64,000 nucleotides of DNA, from assembly GCA_963750165.1 (NCBI GenBank), contig CAVVPN010000011.1, positions 96,001 through 160,000 on the forward strand. Reading direction: 5' to 3'. Source of the stretch: an uncultured Gemmataceae bacterium (GTDB lineage Bacteria > Planctomycetota > Planctomycetia > Gemmatales > Gemmataceae). The notes under the pieces were generated by a model. The model made no database searches. It was given only the letters and a program-made list of their open reading frames with translations, and had not been told where the DNA came from. The position numbers were made by a program, and so were the translations under genes. This document shows positions 20,067-30,150 of the stretch, piece by piece; the first letter of the stretch is position 1; each line of letters starts with the position of its first letter.

Positions 20067-20155
20067 TCGCCGCGCCCCAACTTCCTACACTTCCAACCTA
20101 TACCGCCCTTCCCCGTCCCGACGCCGTTCGCGGCTCGCACCGGAGGACCACTGCC

Positions 20156-21259
20156 ATGACGGCGCCCACGACCGCCGAACCGCTGGCCCGCACGCCCCTG
20201 TACGACTGGCACGTCGCACACGGCGGTCGCATGGTTCCGTTCGCCGGCTGGGAAATGCCCGTGCAGTACAGCACCATCACCGACGAGCACCAGACCGTCC
20301 GCACCGCCGTGGGCCTCTTCGACATCAGTCACATGGGCCGGCTGTCCTTCGACGGTCCCGACGCGCTCGCTCTCATCCAGCACGTCTACACCAACAACGC
20401 CGCCACGATGAAGCACGGCCAGGTCCGCTACGGCCTCGTCTGCAATGAGCAGGGCGGCATCCGCGACGACGTGCTCGTCTACCGCTGGCCCTACGGCTAC
20501 GCCATGGTGGTCAACGCCTCCAACCGGCCCAAGATCGTCGCCTGGCTGGAGCAGCACAAGGGTAGCCGTAACGTCCAGATCACGGACCAGACGATGCAAA
20601 CGGCCATGATCGCCGTGCAGGGGCCGAAGGCGCTGGAGCTGGTTCGCGGCCTGACCGAGGCGGACGCCGAGCAGCTGACGTATTACCACGCTGCGCCGAC
20701 GCGCTGCCTGGGCCAGCAGTGCGTCCTCAGCCGCACCGGCTACACCGGCGAGGACGGCGTGGAGTTGATGATCGGCGCTACCCACGCGCTGCCGCTCTGG
20801 GAGGAGTTGGTCCGGCGCGGCGCCAAACCGTGCGGCCTTGGGGCACGCGACACGCTGCGCCTGGAAGCGGCCATGCCGCTCTACGGCCACGAGCTGTCCG
20901 AGGAGATCGACCCGTTCCAGGCGGCCCTTGGCTGGGCGGTTAAAATGGACAGGGGCGACTTCCTCGGCCGTGCCGCCCTGGAGCGGCGCCGGGCGGACAA
21001 ATCGTTACCGGTGCGTGTCGGCCTGGAGCTGGCGGGCAAGCGGCTGGCGCGGGAAGGCGCAGCACTACTGGCCGGCGAGCGGTCGGTGGGCCGGGTGTGC
21101 AGCGGTACGTTTGCGCCGACGTTGCAGAAGGCGATTGCGATGGCCTATGTGGAGCCGGCGTCGGCCGCGGTCGGCACCCAGTTGCAGGTGGACGTGCGCG
21201 GCAAGGCGGAGGCGGCCCGGGTGGTGTCGCTGCCGTTCTACAAGAGACCGAAACCTTAA
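20156..21259 (+). CDS. gcvT: Glycine cleavage system aminomethyltransferase T
   Basis: FAGWEMPVQY, LFDISHMG, SRTGYTGEDG, GLGARDTLRLEA. Confidence 0.97.
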   Translation: MTAPTTAEPLARTPLYDWHVAHGGRMVPFAGWEMPVQYSTITDEHQTVRTAVGLFDISHMGRLSFDGPDALALIQHVYTNNAATMKHGQVRYGLVCNEQGGIRDDVLVYRWPYGYAMVVNASNRPKIVAWLEQHKGSRNVQITDQTMQTAMIAVQGPKALELVRGLTEADAEQLTYYHAAPTRCLGQQCVLSRTGYTGEDGVELMIGATHALPLWEELVRRGAKPCGLGARDTLRLEAAMPLYGHELSEEIDPFQAALGWAVKMDRGDFLGRAALERRRADKSLPVRVGLELAGKRLAREGAALLAGERSVGRVCSGTFAPTLQKAIAMAYVEPASAAVGTQLQVDVRGKAEAARVVSLPFYKRPKP

Positions 21260-21297
21260 GTCGTGGGGCAGACATTCCCACGACGGGAGCGACCCTT

Positions 21298-21684
21298 ATG
21301 GACCCAAAGACCCTGCGCTACGCCGCCTCGCACGAGTGGGCCAGCCTGGATGGTGATGTCTGCACGGTGGGCATCACCAAGTTCGCGGTCGAGCAATTGA
21401 CCGATGTGGTATACATTGAGTTGCCGGACGTGGGCGATCACGTCTTCACCGGCGAGGGCTTTGGCGAGATCGAGTCGGTCAAGGCGGTCAGCGATCTGTA
21501 CTCGCCGGTCAACGGTGAGGTCATCGCCATCAACGACAAGCTCGAAACCGATCCGTCGCCGGTCGCCAAGGACCCCTACGGCACCGGCTGGATGGTCAAG
21601 ATTCGCGTCGAGAAGGGCACCACCCTCGATCATCTGATGACACTGGAAAAGTACGAGGAGCAGATTGCTTCAGGAGGTCATTAG
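21298..21684 (+). CDS. gcvH: Glycine cleavage system H protein
   Basis: SHEW, GEIESVKAVSDLYSP (lipoyl-Lys), DPYGTGW. Confidence 0.97.
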   Translation: MDPKTLRYAASHEWASLDGDVCTVGITKFAVEQLTDVVYIELPDVGDHVFTGEGFGEIESVKAVSDLYSPVNGEVIAINDKLETDPSPVAKDPYGTGWMVKIRVEKGTTLDHLMTLEKYEEQIASGGH

Positions 21685-21751
21685 TCATTGGTCATTATTC
21701 GTCATTCGTCATCAGGGTTCAGACTGCTGACGAATGACGAATGACGAATGA
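21679..21751. repeat. Heptamer-repeat (GTCATTC/GAATGAC) hairpin between gcvH and gcvPA
   Basis: GTCATTGGTCATTATTCGTCATTCGTCA...TGACGAATGACGAATGACGAATGAC. Confidence 0.75.
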
Positions 21752-21775
21752 CTCCTCCGAAGGAGGAGGTAGATT

Positions 21776-23112
21776 TTGTCGTACGTCCTGAACACGCCCG
21801 CGGACCAGCAGGCAATGCTCGCGGCCGCTGGTATCGGTTCTATCGAAGAGTTGTTCCAGGCCATCCCCGAGGAAGTGCGGCTGCGCCGGTTGCTGAACGT
21901 GGCGCCGGCCCTGAGCGAGATTGAGCTGCAGCAGCACCTCACCGAGCTGGGGCGCCGCAACCGCTCCGCCGACGACGCGGTGTGCTTCCTCGGCGGCGGC
22001 AGCTACGACCACTTCATCCCGGCCGTCGTCGATGCGGTCTCCGGTCGCAGCGAATACTACACCGCCTACACGCCCTACCAGGCCGAGGCCAGCCAGGGCA
22101 GCCTGCAGGCGTTCTTCGAGTACCAGACGCTCATCTGTCAGCTGACCGGCCTCGACATGGCCAACGCCAGCCTCTACGACGGCGGCAGCGCCGTCGCCGA
22201 GGCCGTGCTCATGGCCCTGACCATTGCGCCGAAGCGCCATCAGGTGCTCGTCGCCGAGAGCGTCCATCCCGAATACCGCCGCACCCTGGAGACGTACCTG
22301 GCCAACCTCGACGCCCGCGTGACGACGCTGCCGACACCACACGGCTTCCTCGACCCGGACGACCTGAAAAAAGCCGTGGACGAGCAGACGCTGTGCGTGA
22401 TCGCGCAGCACCCGAATTTCTTCGGCTGTCTCGAAGAGGTGGAGGCGCTGTCCGCGGCGGCGCACGCGAAGGGAGCGCTGTTCATCGTCAGCTTCGACCC
22501 GATCAGCCTGGGGCTGCTGAAGCGGCCGGGGAGCTACGACGCGGACATCGCCGTCGCGGAGGGCCAGTGTTTGGGCAATCCGATCGCCTACGGCGGCCCG
22601 TACCTCGGCATCCTGGCGTGTCGCGGCGAATACGTGCGCAAGCTGCCGGGCCGGATCGTCGGCCAGACGACCGACCGCCACGGTCAGCGCTGCTGGGTGC
22701 TGACGCTGCAAACGCGCGAGCAGCACATCCGCCGCGAGAAGGCGACCAGTAACATCTGTACCAACCAGGGCCTGTTCGCGCTGCGGGCGGCGGTCTACCT
22801 GGCGGCGCTGGGGCCGCAGGGCCTCAAGGAGACGGCGGAACTTTGTCTGCGCAAGGCGCACTACGCGGCGGAGCGGTTGACGCAGATGGCCGGTGTGCGG
22901 TTGCAGTTTTCGCGGCCGTTTTTCAAGGAATTCACGCTGCAAGTGCCGGGCTCGGCGCCGGACCTGCTGGACAGGTTGTTGCGGGCGAACTATCTGGGGG
23001 GCTGCACCTGGGCCGCTGGTATCCAGCGCTGAACGATTGCGTCAGCGTCGCGGTCACGGAGAAGCGCACGAAACAGGAGATCGATGGCCTGGCAGCGGCG
23101 TTCGGGTTGTGA
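21776..23112 (+). CDS. gcvPA: Glycine dehydrogenase subunit 1; frameshift in G run near 22996-23001
   Basis: YTAYTPYQAEASQG, NASLYDG, TREQHIRREKATSNICTNQ; C-terminus VAVTEKRTKQEID in the shifted frame. Confidence 0.95.
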
Positions 23113-23129
23113 GACTTGATACGCACACT

Positions 23130-23197
23130 GGCGAGCGGCGCGGAGTTAGCCCGCCGGTGACTTGCTGAACCGGCGGGCTGCCGCCGCGCCGCTCACC
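23130..23197. repeat. REP-like doublet, family A, between gcvPA and gcvPB
   Basis: GGCGAGCGGCGCGGAGTTAGCCCGCCGGT...ACCGGCGGGCTGCCGCCGCGCCGCTCACC. Confidence 0.85.
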
Positions 23198-23216
23198 TTA
23201 ATGTTCGTGAGTTACG

Positions 23217-24671
23217 ATGGATAAATCCCAATCAACCGAGTTGCTGTTCGAGATAAGCCACGCCGGCCGGCGCTGCCACCGCCTGCCCGAGTGCGACGTG
23301 CCCACCGCGGCCGCCGCGCAACTGCTGCCGCCGGCCGCCCTCACCGCGGAGCCGCCGCCGCTGCCGGAGGTCGGCGAGATCGACCTGATCCGCCATTTCG
23401 TCAACCTCTCGACGCGCAACATGTCCATCGACACCAATTTCTATCCGCTGGGATCGTGTACCATGAAGTACAACCCCAAGCGGCACGAGCGCCTGGCAGC
23501 GCTGCCGGGCATCGCCAACCTGCACCCGCTCACCGTCGATGCCGCGCACCAGGGCATGCTCGAATTGCTCTTTCACATGCAGAAAATCCTCGGCGAAATC
23601 GCCGGCCTTGATGCCGTGTCGCTGCAACCGGCTGCCGGGGCGCAGGGCGAACTGACGGCGCTGCTGGTGGCCGCGGCGTACTTCCGCGACCGCGCTGAGA
23701 AGCAGCGGACGCGCGTGCTCATCCCGGACAGCGCTCACGGCACCAACCCCGCCAGCGCCGTCATCGCCGGCTTCGATGCCGTCACCATCAAGAGCAACGA
23801 CCGCGGCCTCGTGGACATGAACGACTTGCGCGCCAAACTGGACGATCGCGCCGCCGTGTTCATGATTACCAACCCGAACACCCTCGGCCTGTTCGACGAG
23901 CAGATTGTCGCCATCCGCGAACTGGTTCACAAGGACGGGGCGCTGATGTACCTGGACGGCGCCAACATGAACGCCATCCTTGGCATCACGCGGCCCGGCG
24001 ACTTCGGCGTGGACATGATGCACTACAACGTCCACAAGACGTTCACCGGCCCGCATGGCGCCGGCGGCCCCGGCTCCGGCCCCATCGCCGTCAAGGCTCA
24101 CCTCGCCCCGTTCCTGCCGGCGCCGCTTGTCGCCCGGGACGGCCAGAACTTCAAGCTCGATTACGACCGGCCGAGGTCCATCGGCCGCGTCCGCAGCTTC
24201 TTCGGCAACGTCGGCATTCTGGTGCGCGGCTACTGCTACATCCGCACGCTGGGGCCGCGCGGCCTGCGCGAGGTTAGCGAGAACGCCGTGCTCAACGCCA
24301 ATTATCTGCTGGCGCTGGTCAAGGCCGCCTATGAGGTGCCGCACGGCGACCGTTGCATGCACGAGTTCGTCGCCAGCGCCCGCAAGCTGAAACGCGAGCG
24401 GCGCATCACCGCGATGGACGTGGCCAAGCGGTTGCTGGACTACGGCTATCACGCGCCGACGGTGTACTTCCCGCTGGTGGTGCCCGAGGCGCTGATGATC
24501 GAGCCGACCGAGACCGAAAGCAAGGAGACGCTCGACGCCTTCGCCGCGACGCTGCTGAAGATCTGTCAGGAAGACCCGGACCTGTTGCACGACGCGCCGC
24601 ACACGCTGCCCATCAGCCGCCCCGACGAGGTCAAGGCGGCCAAGGAGCCGATCCTGCGATGGGCCCCCTGA
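23217..24671 (+). CDS. gcvPB: Glycine dehydrogenase subunit 2
   Basis: YPLGSCTMKYNP, SAHGTNPASA, NVHKTFTGPHGAGGPG, IEPTETESKE. Confidence 0.97.
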   Translation: MDKSQSTELLFEISHAGRRCHRLPECDVPTAAAAQLLPPAALTAEPPPLPEVGEIDLIRHFVNLSTRNMSIDTNFYPLGSCTMKYNPKRHERLAALPGIANLHPLTVDAAHQGMLELLFHMQKILGEIAGLDAVSLQPAAGAQGELTALLVAAAYFRDRAEKQRTRVLIPDSAHGTNPASAVIAGFDAVTIKSNDRGLVDMNDLRAKLDDRAAVFMITNPNTLGLFDEQIVAIRELVHKDGALMYLDGANMNAILGITRPGDFGVDMMHYNVHKTFTGPHGAGGPGSGPIAVKAHLAPFLPAPLVARDGQNFKLDYDRPRSIGRVRSFFGNVGILVRGYCYIRTLGPRGLREVSENAVLNANYLLALVKAAYEVPHGDRCMHEFVASARKLKRERRITAMDVAKRLLDYGYHAPTVYFPLVVPEALMIEPTETESKETLDAFAATLLKICQEDPDLLHDAPHTLPISRPDEVKAAKEPILRWAP

Positions 24672-25405
24672 CCTGCCGCCTGCTGCCGTTCGCCGCCGCC
24701 GACGGCCCGCACAACATGGCCGCCGACGAGGCCCTGCTGCGCTCCGCCGCGGATGGCGTCGCATCCTTGCGCTTCTACACCTGGGACCGGCCGACCGCCA
24801 GCCTCGGCTATTTTCAACCGGCGGCAGTGCTGCGAGACGACGCGCAGGTGGCGCCGCTGCCGTGGCTGCGCCGGCCGTCCGGCGGCCTAACGCTGGTGCA
24901 TCACCACGAGCTGACGTATGCGCTGGCGCTGCCGGCGGAGCGGCGCTGGCAGGACGGGCAGTCGTGGCTTTGCCGGATGCACAAGATGATTGCAAAAGCG
25001 CTTGCCGCGCCGGAATTCGGAGTTGAGACGCGATTGGTGGCGGCGGGGGCCGAACAACACAAGCCCAGTTCGTTGTGCTTTCACCATCTCACGGCCGGTG
25101 ATCTCATCATCGGCGACGCCAAGGTTGTCGGCAGTGCCCAGCGCAAGCACCGCGGCGCCTTGCTTCAACACGGGGCGATCCTGCTCGCGCAAAGCGAACA
25201 CACCCCAACGTTGCCTGGTATCGCGGAACAGACGGGGCGCAAACTGTCGGTGGAAGATGTGATCGTGCGGTTGTGGTGGGAGTTTGCCGCGGAGACGGGT
25301 TGCAGCATCATTCTTCACAGCGAGTGGACTGCGGTGGAGCGACAGGCGACGGAGGAGCTGGTGCGCGAGCGCTTCAGCCACGCAGTGTGGAACCACAAAC
25401 GCTAA
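24659..25405 (+). CDS. Lipoate-protein ligase A / octanoyltransferase (LipM-like)
   Basis: NMAADEALL, LRFYTW, SLGYFQ, RRPSGG, KVVGSAQ, LQHGAI; follows the gcv genes. Confidence 0.9.
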   Translation: MGPLTCRLLPFAAADGPHNMAADEALLRSAADGVASLRFYTWDRPTASLGYFQPAAVLRDDAQVAPLPWLRRPSGGLTLVHHHELTYALALPAERRWQDGQSWLCRMHKMIAKALAAPEFGVETRLVAAGAEQHKPSSLCFHHLTAGDLIIGDAKVVGSAQRKHRGALLQHGAILLAQSEHTPTLPGIAEQTGRKLSVEDVIVRLWWEFAAETGCSIILHSEWTAVERQATEELVRERFSHAVWNHKR

Positions 25406-25580
25406 ATCGGTATCGGAACTACCCCCCGGCCGGGCACGGCGGAGCATAGTTCCGATACCAAGGGGCCTGGCACCCGTCTCCCGCGGCCCGGCGAGAACGA
25501 CCTGGCGAAGCCAGGGGGCGAAACGGCGGGCGACCGGAGACGGCGGCGGGCGAGGCGGCCCGCCGTTCCGTTGTCGCAAC

Positions 25581-26441
25581 TCAGAACGGGCGTTCCTGCT
25601 TATTCAGGGAGCCAGGCACGGGCGGGGTGATGGCCGGGGCGGGTTGCAGCGTCGGGACGGCCGGCGGGGCGATCTGCGTGGGAGCGAGCGGGGCCGGCTC
25701 AATCGCGGCGCCCTGGGGAGGCGGCTCAATGGACTTGGCCTTCTCCTTGCCGCTGGGCATCTTGTTCGGCATGTCCTTGGGCGGCGGCAGCGGCTCCGCG
25801 GTCTTGCCGGGCACGCCGTACTGGATCGTGCCGCCGTACATGCCGCCGTAAGCACCACCGTAAGCACCACCGTAAGCACCGCCGCCACAGCCGTCGCAGC
25901 AACCATCGCTGCCACCGCCGTGATGGCCGCCGCCGAACATCCCCTTCAGCCGGCCGAACAGGCGGCCGCCGAAGCCCTGGTTGCCGCCGCCGCAGCAATC
26001 GCCGCAGGTCGAACTCATCGTGCCACAGCAACCGCTGGTCGTGCCACAGCAGCCGCTGCTGGCCGCCTGGTAGGACCCGCCGCCGCAGCAATCACAGCTG
26101 TTGTTGTTGCGCTGGAACAGACCGCCCAGCCGCTGGCACAGGCGGTGGCCCCAACTCTGCTGGGGGCAGCACGCATCCAGGCCACAGCTGTTACAGCCGC
26201 TCGCGCCGCAACCGCTGTTGCAGCCGGTACAGCCGCTGCCGGTGCTCATGACCGGCCCCAGGGGCGCCTGGCCGGTGCTCATGACCGACCCCAGGGGCGC
26301 CTGGCCGGTGCTCATGACCGGCCCCGCGGGTGCCTGGGTGGTGGCCGCCGGCCCGGTGGGGGCCGGCGCGCCCTGATAAACCGGGACGACATCCGCACTG
26401 GAGAACCAGGCCGTCGTCACCAACAAATAAGCTACTTTCAC
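25581..26441 (-). CDS. Secreted Cys/Gly/Pro-rich low-complexity protein
   Basis: GGAGG RBS and GTG; hydrophobic N-terminus; many CC/CxxC; 33-bp and 12-bp tandem repeats. Confidence 0.7.
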   Translation of the reverse strand: MKVAYLLVTTAWFSSADVVPVYQGAPAPTGPAATTQAPAGPVMSTGQAPLGSVMSTGQAPLGPVMSTGSGCTGCNSGCGASGCNSCGLDACCPQQSWGHRLCQRLGGLFQRNNNSCDCCGGGSYQAASSGCCGTTSGCCGTMSSTCGDCCGGGNQGFGGRLFGRLKGMFGGGHHGGGSDGCCDGCGGGAYGGAYGGAYGGMYGGTIQYGVPGKTAEPLPPPKDMPNKMPSGKEKAKSIEPPPQGAAIEPAPLAPTQIAPPAVPTLQPAPAITPPVPGSLNKQERPF

Positions 26442-26794
26442 GAGGTATCCTCCGTCGGAATGGACAGGGGCGCCGGGACGCGACCGCCGCGGCGGGGAGA
26501 GGGCCCGTCGCGTCGCTCGCCACTCGGGCCGTGTAGTTTCCTCCGTGACCCAAACCAGGTCGCCGAGCCCATTGCTCAGAGCACTTGGTTTACCTTCCTC
26601 TGCCAACTTCTTTCGGCAGCGTGATTCGCCATTCTTTAAATCCTTTCCCCAAATTCATCATGTTGCGCGTTTCGGATGAGACCGGGAGAATCCGTAGCGG
26701 TCGGCGAAGAGAGGTAGGATCGCGAAGGGATTGCGATCAAGAAAATGGGAGGGGGCGGTCTTGCCGTGGGCGCGCCGGAACCGGCGAGGGCCTC

Positions 26795-26862
26795 GGCGAG
26801 CGGCGCGGCGTCAGCCCGCCGGTACTTCAAAGCACCGGCGGGCTGACGCCGCGCCGCTCGCC
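26795..26862. repeat. REP-like doublet, family A
   Basis: 29-bp perfect inverted arms GGCGAGCGGCGCGGCGTCAGCCCGCCGGT. Confidence 0.9.
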
Positions 26863-26891
26863 CAGAGAATGACCTTGCCGGATGGGACTTA

Positions 26892-27506
26892 TTATTTCCC
26901 AAACACGCCCGCGTTCTTCAACACCAGGATCAGAAAACCAATGATACCGGCGATCAGCACGGCGGGGATGGTGACGAAAATAATCGCCGGGATCAGGTTG
27001 GAGCGACCGCTGCGGCCGTTGTAAGCGTAGCCGCAGTCCCGGCAGCGCACGTGGTTGAACATGGCGGGACCGTAGAAGCTGCCCCAGAAGGTCCAGACGA
27101 TTTTGGTGGCGTCGGTGCAGCCGCAGCGCGGGCACGGCTTGTAGGCCAGCCGCTTGCCGCCGCGGCGGTCGTCGCGCTCGTCGCGGTCGCGGCGGTCGCG
27201 GCGGTCGTCGCGCTCGTCCTCGTCTTCCTCGTCGCGGCGGCGGCCCCGGCGGACGGGGCGGGGCTCGTCCTCCTCAATGGCCTCATCGCGCGCCCGGCGG
27301 GGCGGGGCGGCGCGCACCGCGCGGATTTCCTTGCGGGGCGGTGGTGGTGGTGGCGGCGCTGGGGCCGGGGCCTCCTCGGGTTCGGGCTGGCTCGGCGGGA
27401 TGGACATCACGTGGGCGCAGCGCGGGCACTTCAGCTTTTTTCCCGCGTACTCATCCTTGATGCGCAGCGCAGACTGGCAATTCGGACACTTGATGATGAA
27501 GGCCAT
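26892..27506 (-). CDS. Zinc-ribbon (MJ0042-like) membrane protein
   Basis: CPNC...CPRC; Pro- and RD-rich linker; second CPRC...CRDC; C-terminal TM helix. Confidence 0.8.
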   Translation of the reverse strand: MAFIIKCPNCQSALRIKDEYAGKKLKCPRCAHVMSIPPSQPEPEEAPAPAPPPPPPPRKEIRAVRAAPPRRARDEAIEEDEPRPVRRGRRRDEEDEDERDDRRDRRDRDERDDRRGGKRLAYKPCPRCGCTDATKIVWTFWGSFYGPAMFNHVRCRDCGYAYNGRSGRSNLIPAIIFVTIPAVLIAGIIGFLILVLKNAGVFGK

Positions 27507-27663
27507 GTTGGCTGCCTGTTCTGGAAAGGAGTGCCTGCCGCCTGGGCCGGCGCCGGCACGCGAAAAGCGCCTGCCTCATGGTAAAACAGACGCGCGGGGT
27601 CACGCAAGCGCATTCAGCCGGATCGCCCGAACGGGCCGCGTCGCAGCCTCATTCGCTTTTTAC

Positions 27664-27692
27664 TTGACATTACTCCAGGCGCTCTTTACAGT
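27664..27692 (+). promoter_or_regulatory. Sigma70-like promoter of the HU/IHF gene
   Basis: TTGACA-N17-TACAGT. Confidence 0.65.
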
Positions 27693-27748
27693 TAAACTCA
27701 TCCAACGGGGCCTTCCTCTTGGCAAAAATCGGCACGGAGACCCAACCG

Positions 27749-28144
27749 GTGACCAAAAAAGAGATCGTCAAACAGATTTCCGAGGAACTGGGCTTAACCC
27801 AGTTGAAGACCAAGGAGATCGTCCAGAAGACCTTCAACGCCATCGTCGAGACGCTCCTCAAGGATCGGCGCATCGAGTTGCGCAACTTCGGGGTCTTTGA
27901 GGTCAAGCGCCGCAAGGCCCGCAAGGCCCGCAACCCCCGTACTGGCGAGAAGGTGGATGTCGAGCCCAAGAACGTCGTCACCTTCAAGCCCGGCAAGGAG
28001 ATGGAAGAGCGCGTCCGCCTGATGGACAACGTCCCGGAGATGACCGGCGACGAGGACCACGAGACGGACGGCAACGGCATGGCCCACGCTGGCGGCGACA
28101 CCAAGGCCCGGGCCAGCCGGCCGTCCCGCAAGACGCCCACCTGA
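27749..28144 (+). CDS. HU/IHF-family DNA-binding protein with C-terminal tail
   Basis: [11 protein letters not shown]...[26 protein letters not shown]...[13 protein letters not shown] upstream of GTG 27749. Confidence 0.95.
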   Translation: MTKKEIVKQISEELGLTQLKTKEIVQKTFNAIVETLLKDRRIELRNFGVFEVKRRKARKARNPRTGEKVDVEPKNVVTFKPGKEMEERVRLMDNVPEMTGDEDHETDGNGMAHAGGDTKARASRPSRKTPT

Positions 28145-28163
28145 GCCCCGTACGCCGCCCCAC

Positions 28164-28196
28164 CCCCGAGCAGCCCTCGGGGGTTTTTCTTTTTTC
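28164..28196 (+). terminator. Intrinsic terminator
   Basis: CCCCGAG-loop-CTCGGGG followed by a T-rich tract. Confidence 0.8.
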
Positions 28197-28330
28197 GGCG
28201 GCCGTCGCGCCAAATTGCCTTCAAGTGTACCGCCGGCACAACCGATACAGGTGATAGAATTCGCAAGCTCAGCGGCTGCCGGTGCGGGGCGTTACGTTGG
28301 GCGGCGTTCCAATGCGGAAGGGAAAAGGCC

Positions 28331-28552
28331 ATGCGACGGGTGCTTTTACTGGCGGCGTTCGCGGTCCTCGGCCTCGCCAACGCCGGCTGCTTCGTTAATC
28401 AATACTCGCCCGACCCCAACGTACGCATGGAACAGCTGCTCTTCCAGTCGGAGGATCTGCGGCAAATCCATGACGAATGGCGGCGCTTCTGGATGAACGA
28501 CCAGCCCTCGCACATGACCTATCAGCGCGTCCACGGTGGTATGGGGCCGTGA
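28331..28552 (+). CDS. Small lipoprotein-like protein
   Basis: Signal with lipobox-like LANAG-C; compact mature part (QSEDLRQIHDEWRRFW...RVHGG). Confidence 0.8.
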   Translation: MRRVLLLAAFAVLGLANAGCFVNQYSPDPNVRMEQLLFQSEDLRQIHDEWRRFWMNDQPSHMTYQRVHGGMGP

Positions 28553-28660
28553 GCAAAGCGTGCTCGAACGTATAGTAGCATCGATCAGTGCCGCGCGGGC
28601 GCCGACTCCAGCCGCACGCGCGGCCCAGGCTCGTTAGAGCCGGTGGCGGAAAGAACCGTT

Positions 28661-28700
28661 TTCGTTCGTAGTACCGCCTAAAGGCGGTACTACGAACGAA
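28661..28700. repeat. Perfect GTAG-type palindrome with 19-bp arms
   Basis: TTCGTTCGTAGTACCGCCT-AA-AGGCGGTACTACGAACGAA. Confidence 0.85.
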
Positions 28701-28849
28701 GAACCCAGAGGATGCCCGCTTTTCGCCACAACTTTTTAGCTCGGTTGCCGGAAACGTGACCGCTCCCTGCCCCGAAGCTGGTGGCCCACATTTTTTACAC
28801 CTCCCGCCATTTTTAGATGGATTCTCCCTGCTCCCCAGATGTTATTATC

Positions 28850-28886
28850 TTGCTAAGTTATCACGCTGTTTTACAATAGCGTGATA
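28850..28886 (+). promoter_or_regulatory. Promoter overlapped by a palindromic operator candidate
   Basis: TTGCTA-N16-TACAAT; TATCACGCT-N10-AGCGTGATA. Confidence 0.55.
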
Positions 28887-28918
28887 GTTGAGACCATCCA
28901 ACCCGGGGAGATCCATCC

Positions 28919-29334
28919 ATGGCAAAGAAGGCGGGCGCAAGCCGAATACTATCAGCAGCTATTTCCGCAAGATTTTCACGAACCACCCTGAGTGGCTCCA
29001 TCAAAAAAGCAACAACGACGTGCTCGCCCGCTACCGCAGTGACCACGGCCTGGCCGCCGGCAAGGACGTGGAGCCGCGCATCCGCAACGCCCTGGCCAAC
29101 CTGAAAAGTCAGATGCGCAAGGAGCAGCGCGACGGCGGCACCTTGGTCGTGGTGGCCGCACGGGTCGGGCCGCGCAGCGCCGCTGGCATGAGCCACCGCA
29201 TGGAGCAACTGGAGGAACAGATTGACGAGTGTCTGAGCACTGCTAAGTTGCTCGACCCCGAGGGCCTGAAAAATGTGATCCGGTGTCTGCGCTCGGCGCG
29301 CAATGAGATCGTCTGGAAGCTCGGACAACCGTGA
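28919..29334 (+). CDS. Small basic hypothetical protein; probable frameshift near 28935
   Basis: GGGGAG RBS and ATG (MAKKAG) lie one base out of frame with RKPNTISSYFRKIF...VWKLGQP. Confidence 0.65.
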
Positions 29335-29358
29335 GGTCCGGTGCTGCACGCGCGCCCT

Positions 29359-29400
29359 GTTTACGTTTCGCGCGGGGTGAAGTCCGCGCGAAACGTAAAC
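29359..29400. repeat. Palindrome family C; relative at 54480-54520
   Basis: GTTTACGTTTCGCGCGG-N8-CCGCGCGAAACGTAAAC. Confidence 0.8.
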
Positions 29401-29454
29401 GGGCGCTGGTGTGGTCTGGCAGCGAACCCATGACCCCAGTTGATCTCATGCGCC

Positions 29455-30150
29455 ATGCAATTAGATTTGAATTGTGACCTGGGCGAAGGCTGCGCGTTGG
29501 ACGCCGAGTTAATGCCGCTCATCACGTCGGCCAACGTCGCCTGCGGCGGCCACGCCGGTGACGCCGCCACCGCCTTCGCCACGCTGAGCGCCGCCGCCCG
29601 GCACGGCGTCAGCGTCGGTGCGCACCCCAGCTTCTACGACCGCGAACACTTCGGCCGCCGTGAACTCGACCCCGGAGAACAACAAATCTTTGAGGAGTGC
29701 GTCTTCCAGGTCGGCGCCCTCGCCGGCGTGGCCCGCGCCGTCGGCGTGCCGCTGCGGCACTTCAAGGCCCACGGCGCCCTGTACAACCTCGCCTGCCGCG
29801 CTGACCGCTACGCCCGGCCCGTCGTCGCCGCCGCCAGGCTGTTCGACCTGCCCGTCCTCGGCCTGCCTGGCTCGCTGCTGGAGGCGCTGTGCGCCGGCCG
29901 CGTCCCGTTCGTCGCCGAGGGCTTCGCCGACCGCCGCTACCGCCCCGATGGCTCCCTGGTGCCGCGCGACCAGCCCGACGCCTTCGTCAAGGATCCGGCG
30001 GAGGCGGTGCGCCAGGTGGAGTGGCTGGTGCGCGAGCGCGGCGTGCGCACCGTCTGTGTCCACGGTGACAACCCGCAGGCGCTGGCGTTCGTGCGCGAAC
30101 TGCGGGCCGCGCTGACGAAACAGGGCGTCGCCTTGAAGCCGTTCGCATGA
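29455..30150 (+). CDS. pxpA: 5-oxoprolinase subunit A (LamB/YcsF)
   Basis: DLNCDLGEG, SANVACGGHAGD, GAHPS, KAHGALYN, EGFADRRY, TVCVHGD. Confidence 0.93.
   Translation: MQLDLNCDLGEGCALDAELMPLITSANVACGGHAGDAATAFATLSAAARHGVSVGAHPSFYDREHFGRRELDPGEQQIFEECVFQVGALAGVARAVGVPLRHFKAHGALYNLACRADRYARPVVAAARLFDLPVLGLPGSLLEALCAGRVPFVAEGFADRRYRPDGSLVPRDQPDAFVKDPAEAVRQVEWLVRERGVRTVCVHGDNPQALAFVRELRAALTKQGVALKPFA

Noticed and set aside
20067..20155. Expected glycine riboswitch before gcvT
   Set aside because: The gap is only ~90 bp and lacks GGAGA...CCGAAG...CTCTCAGG motifs
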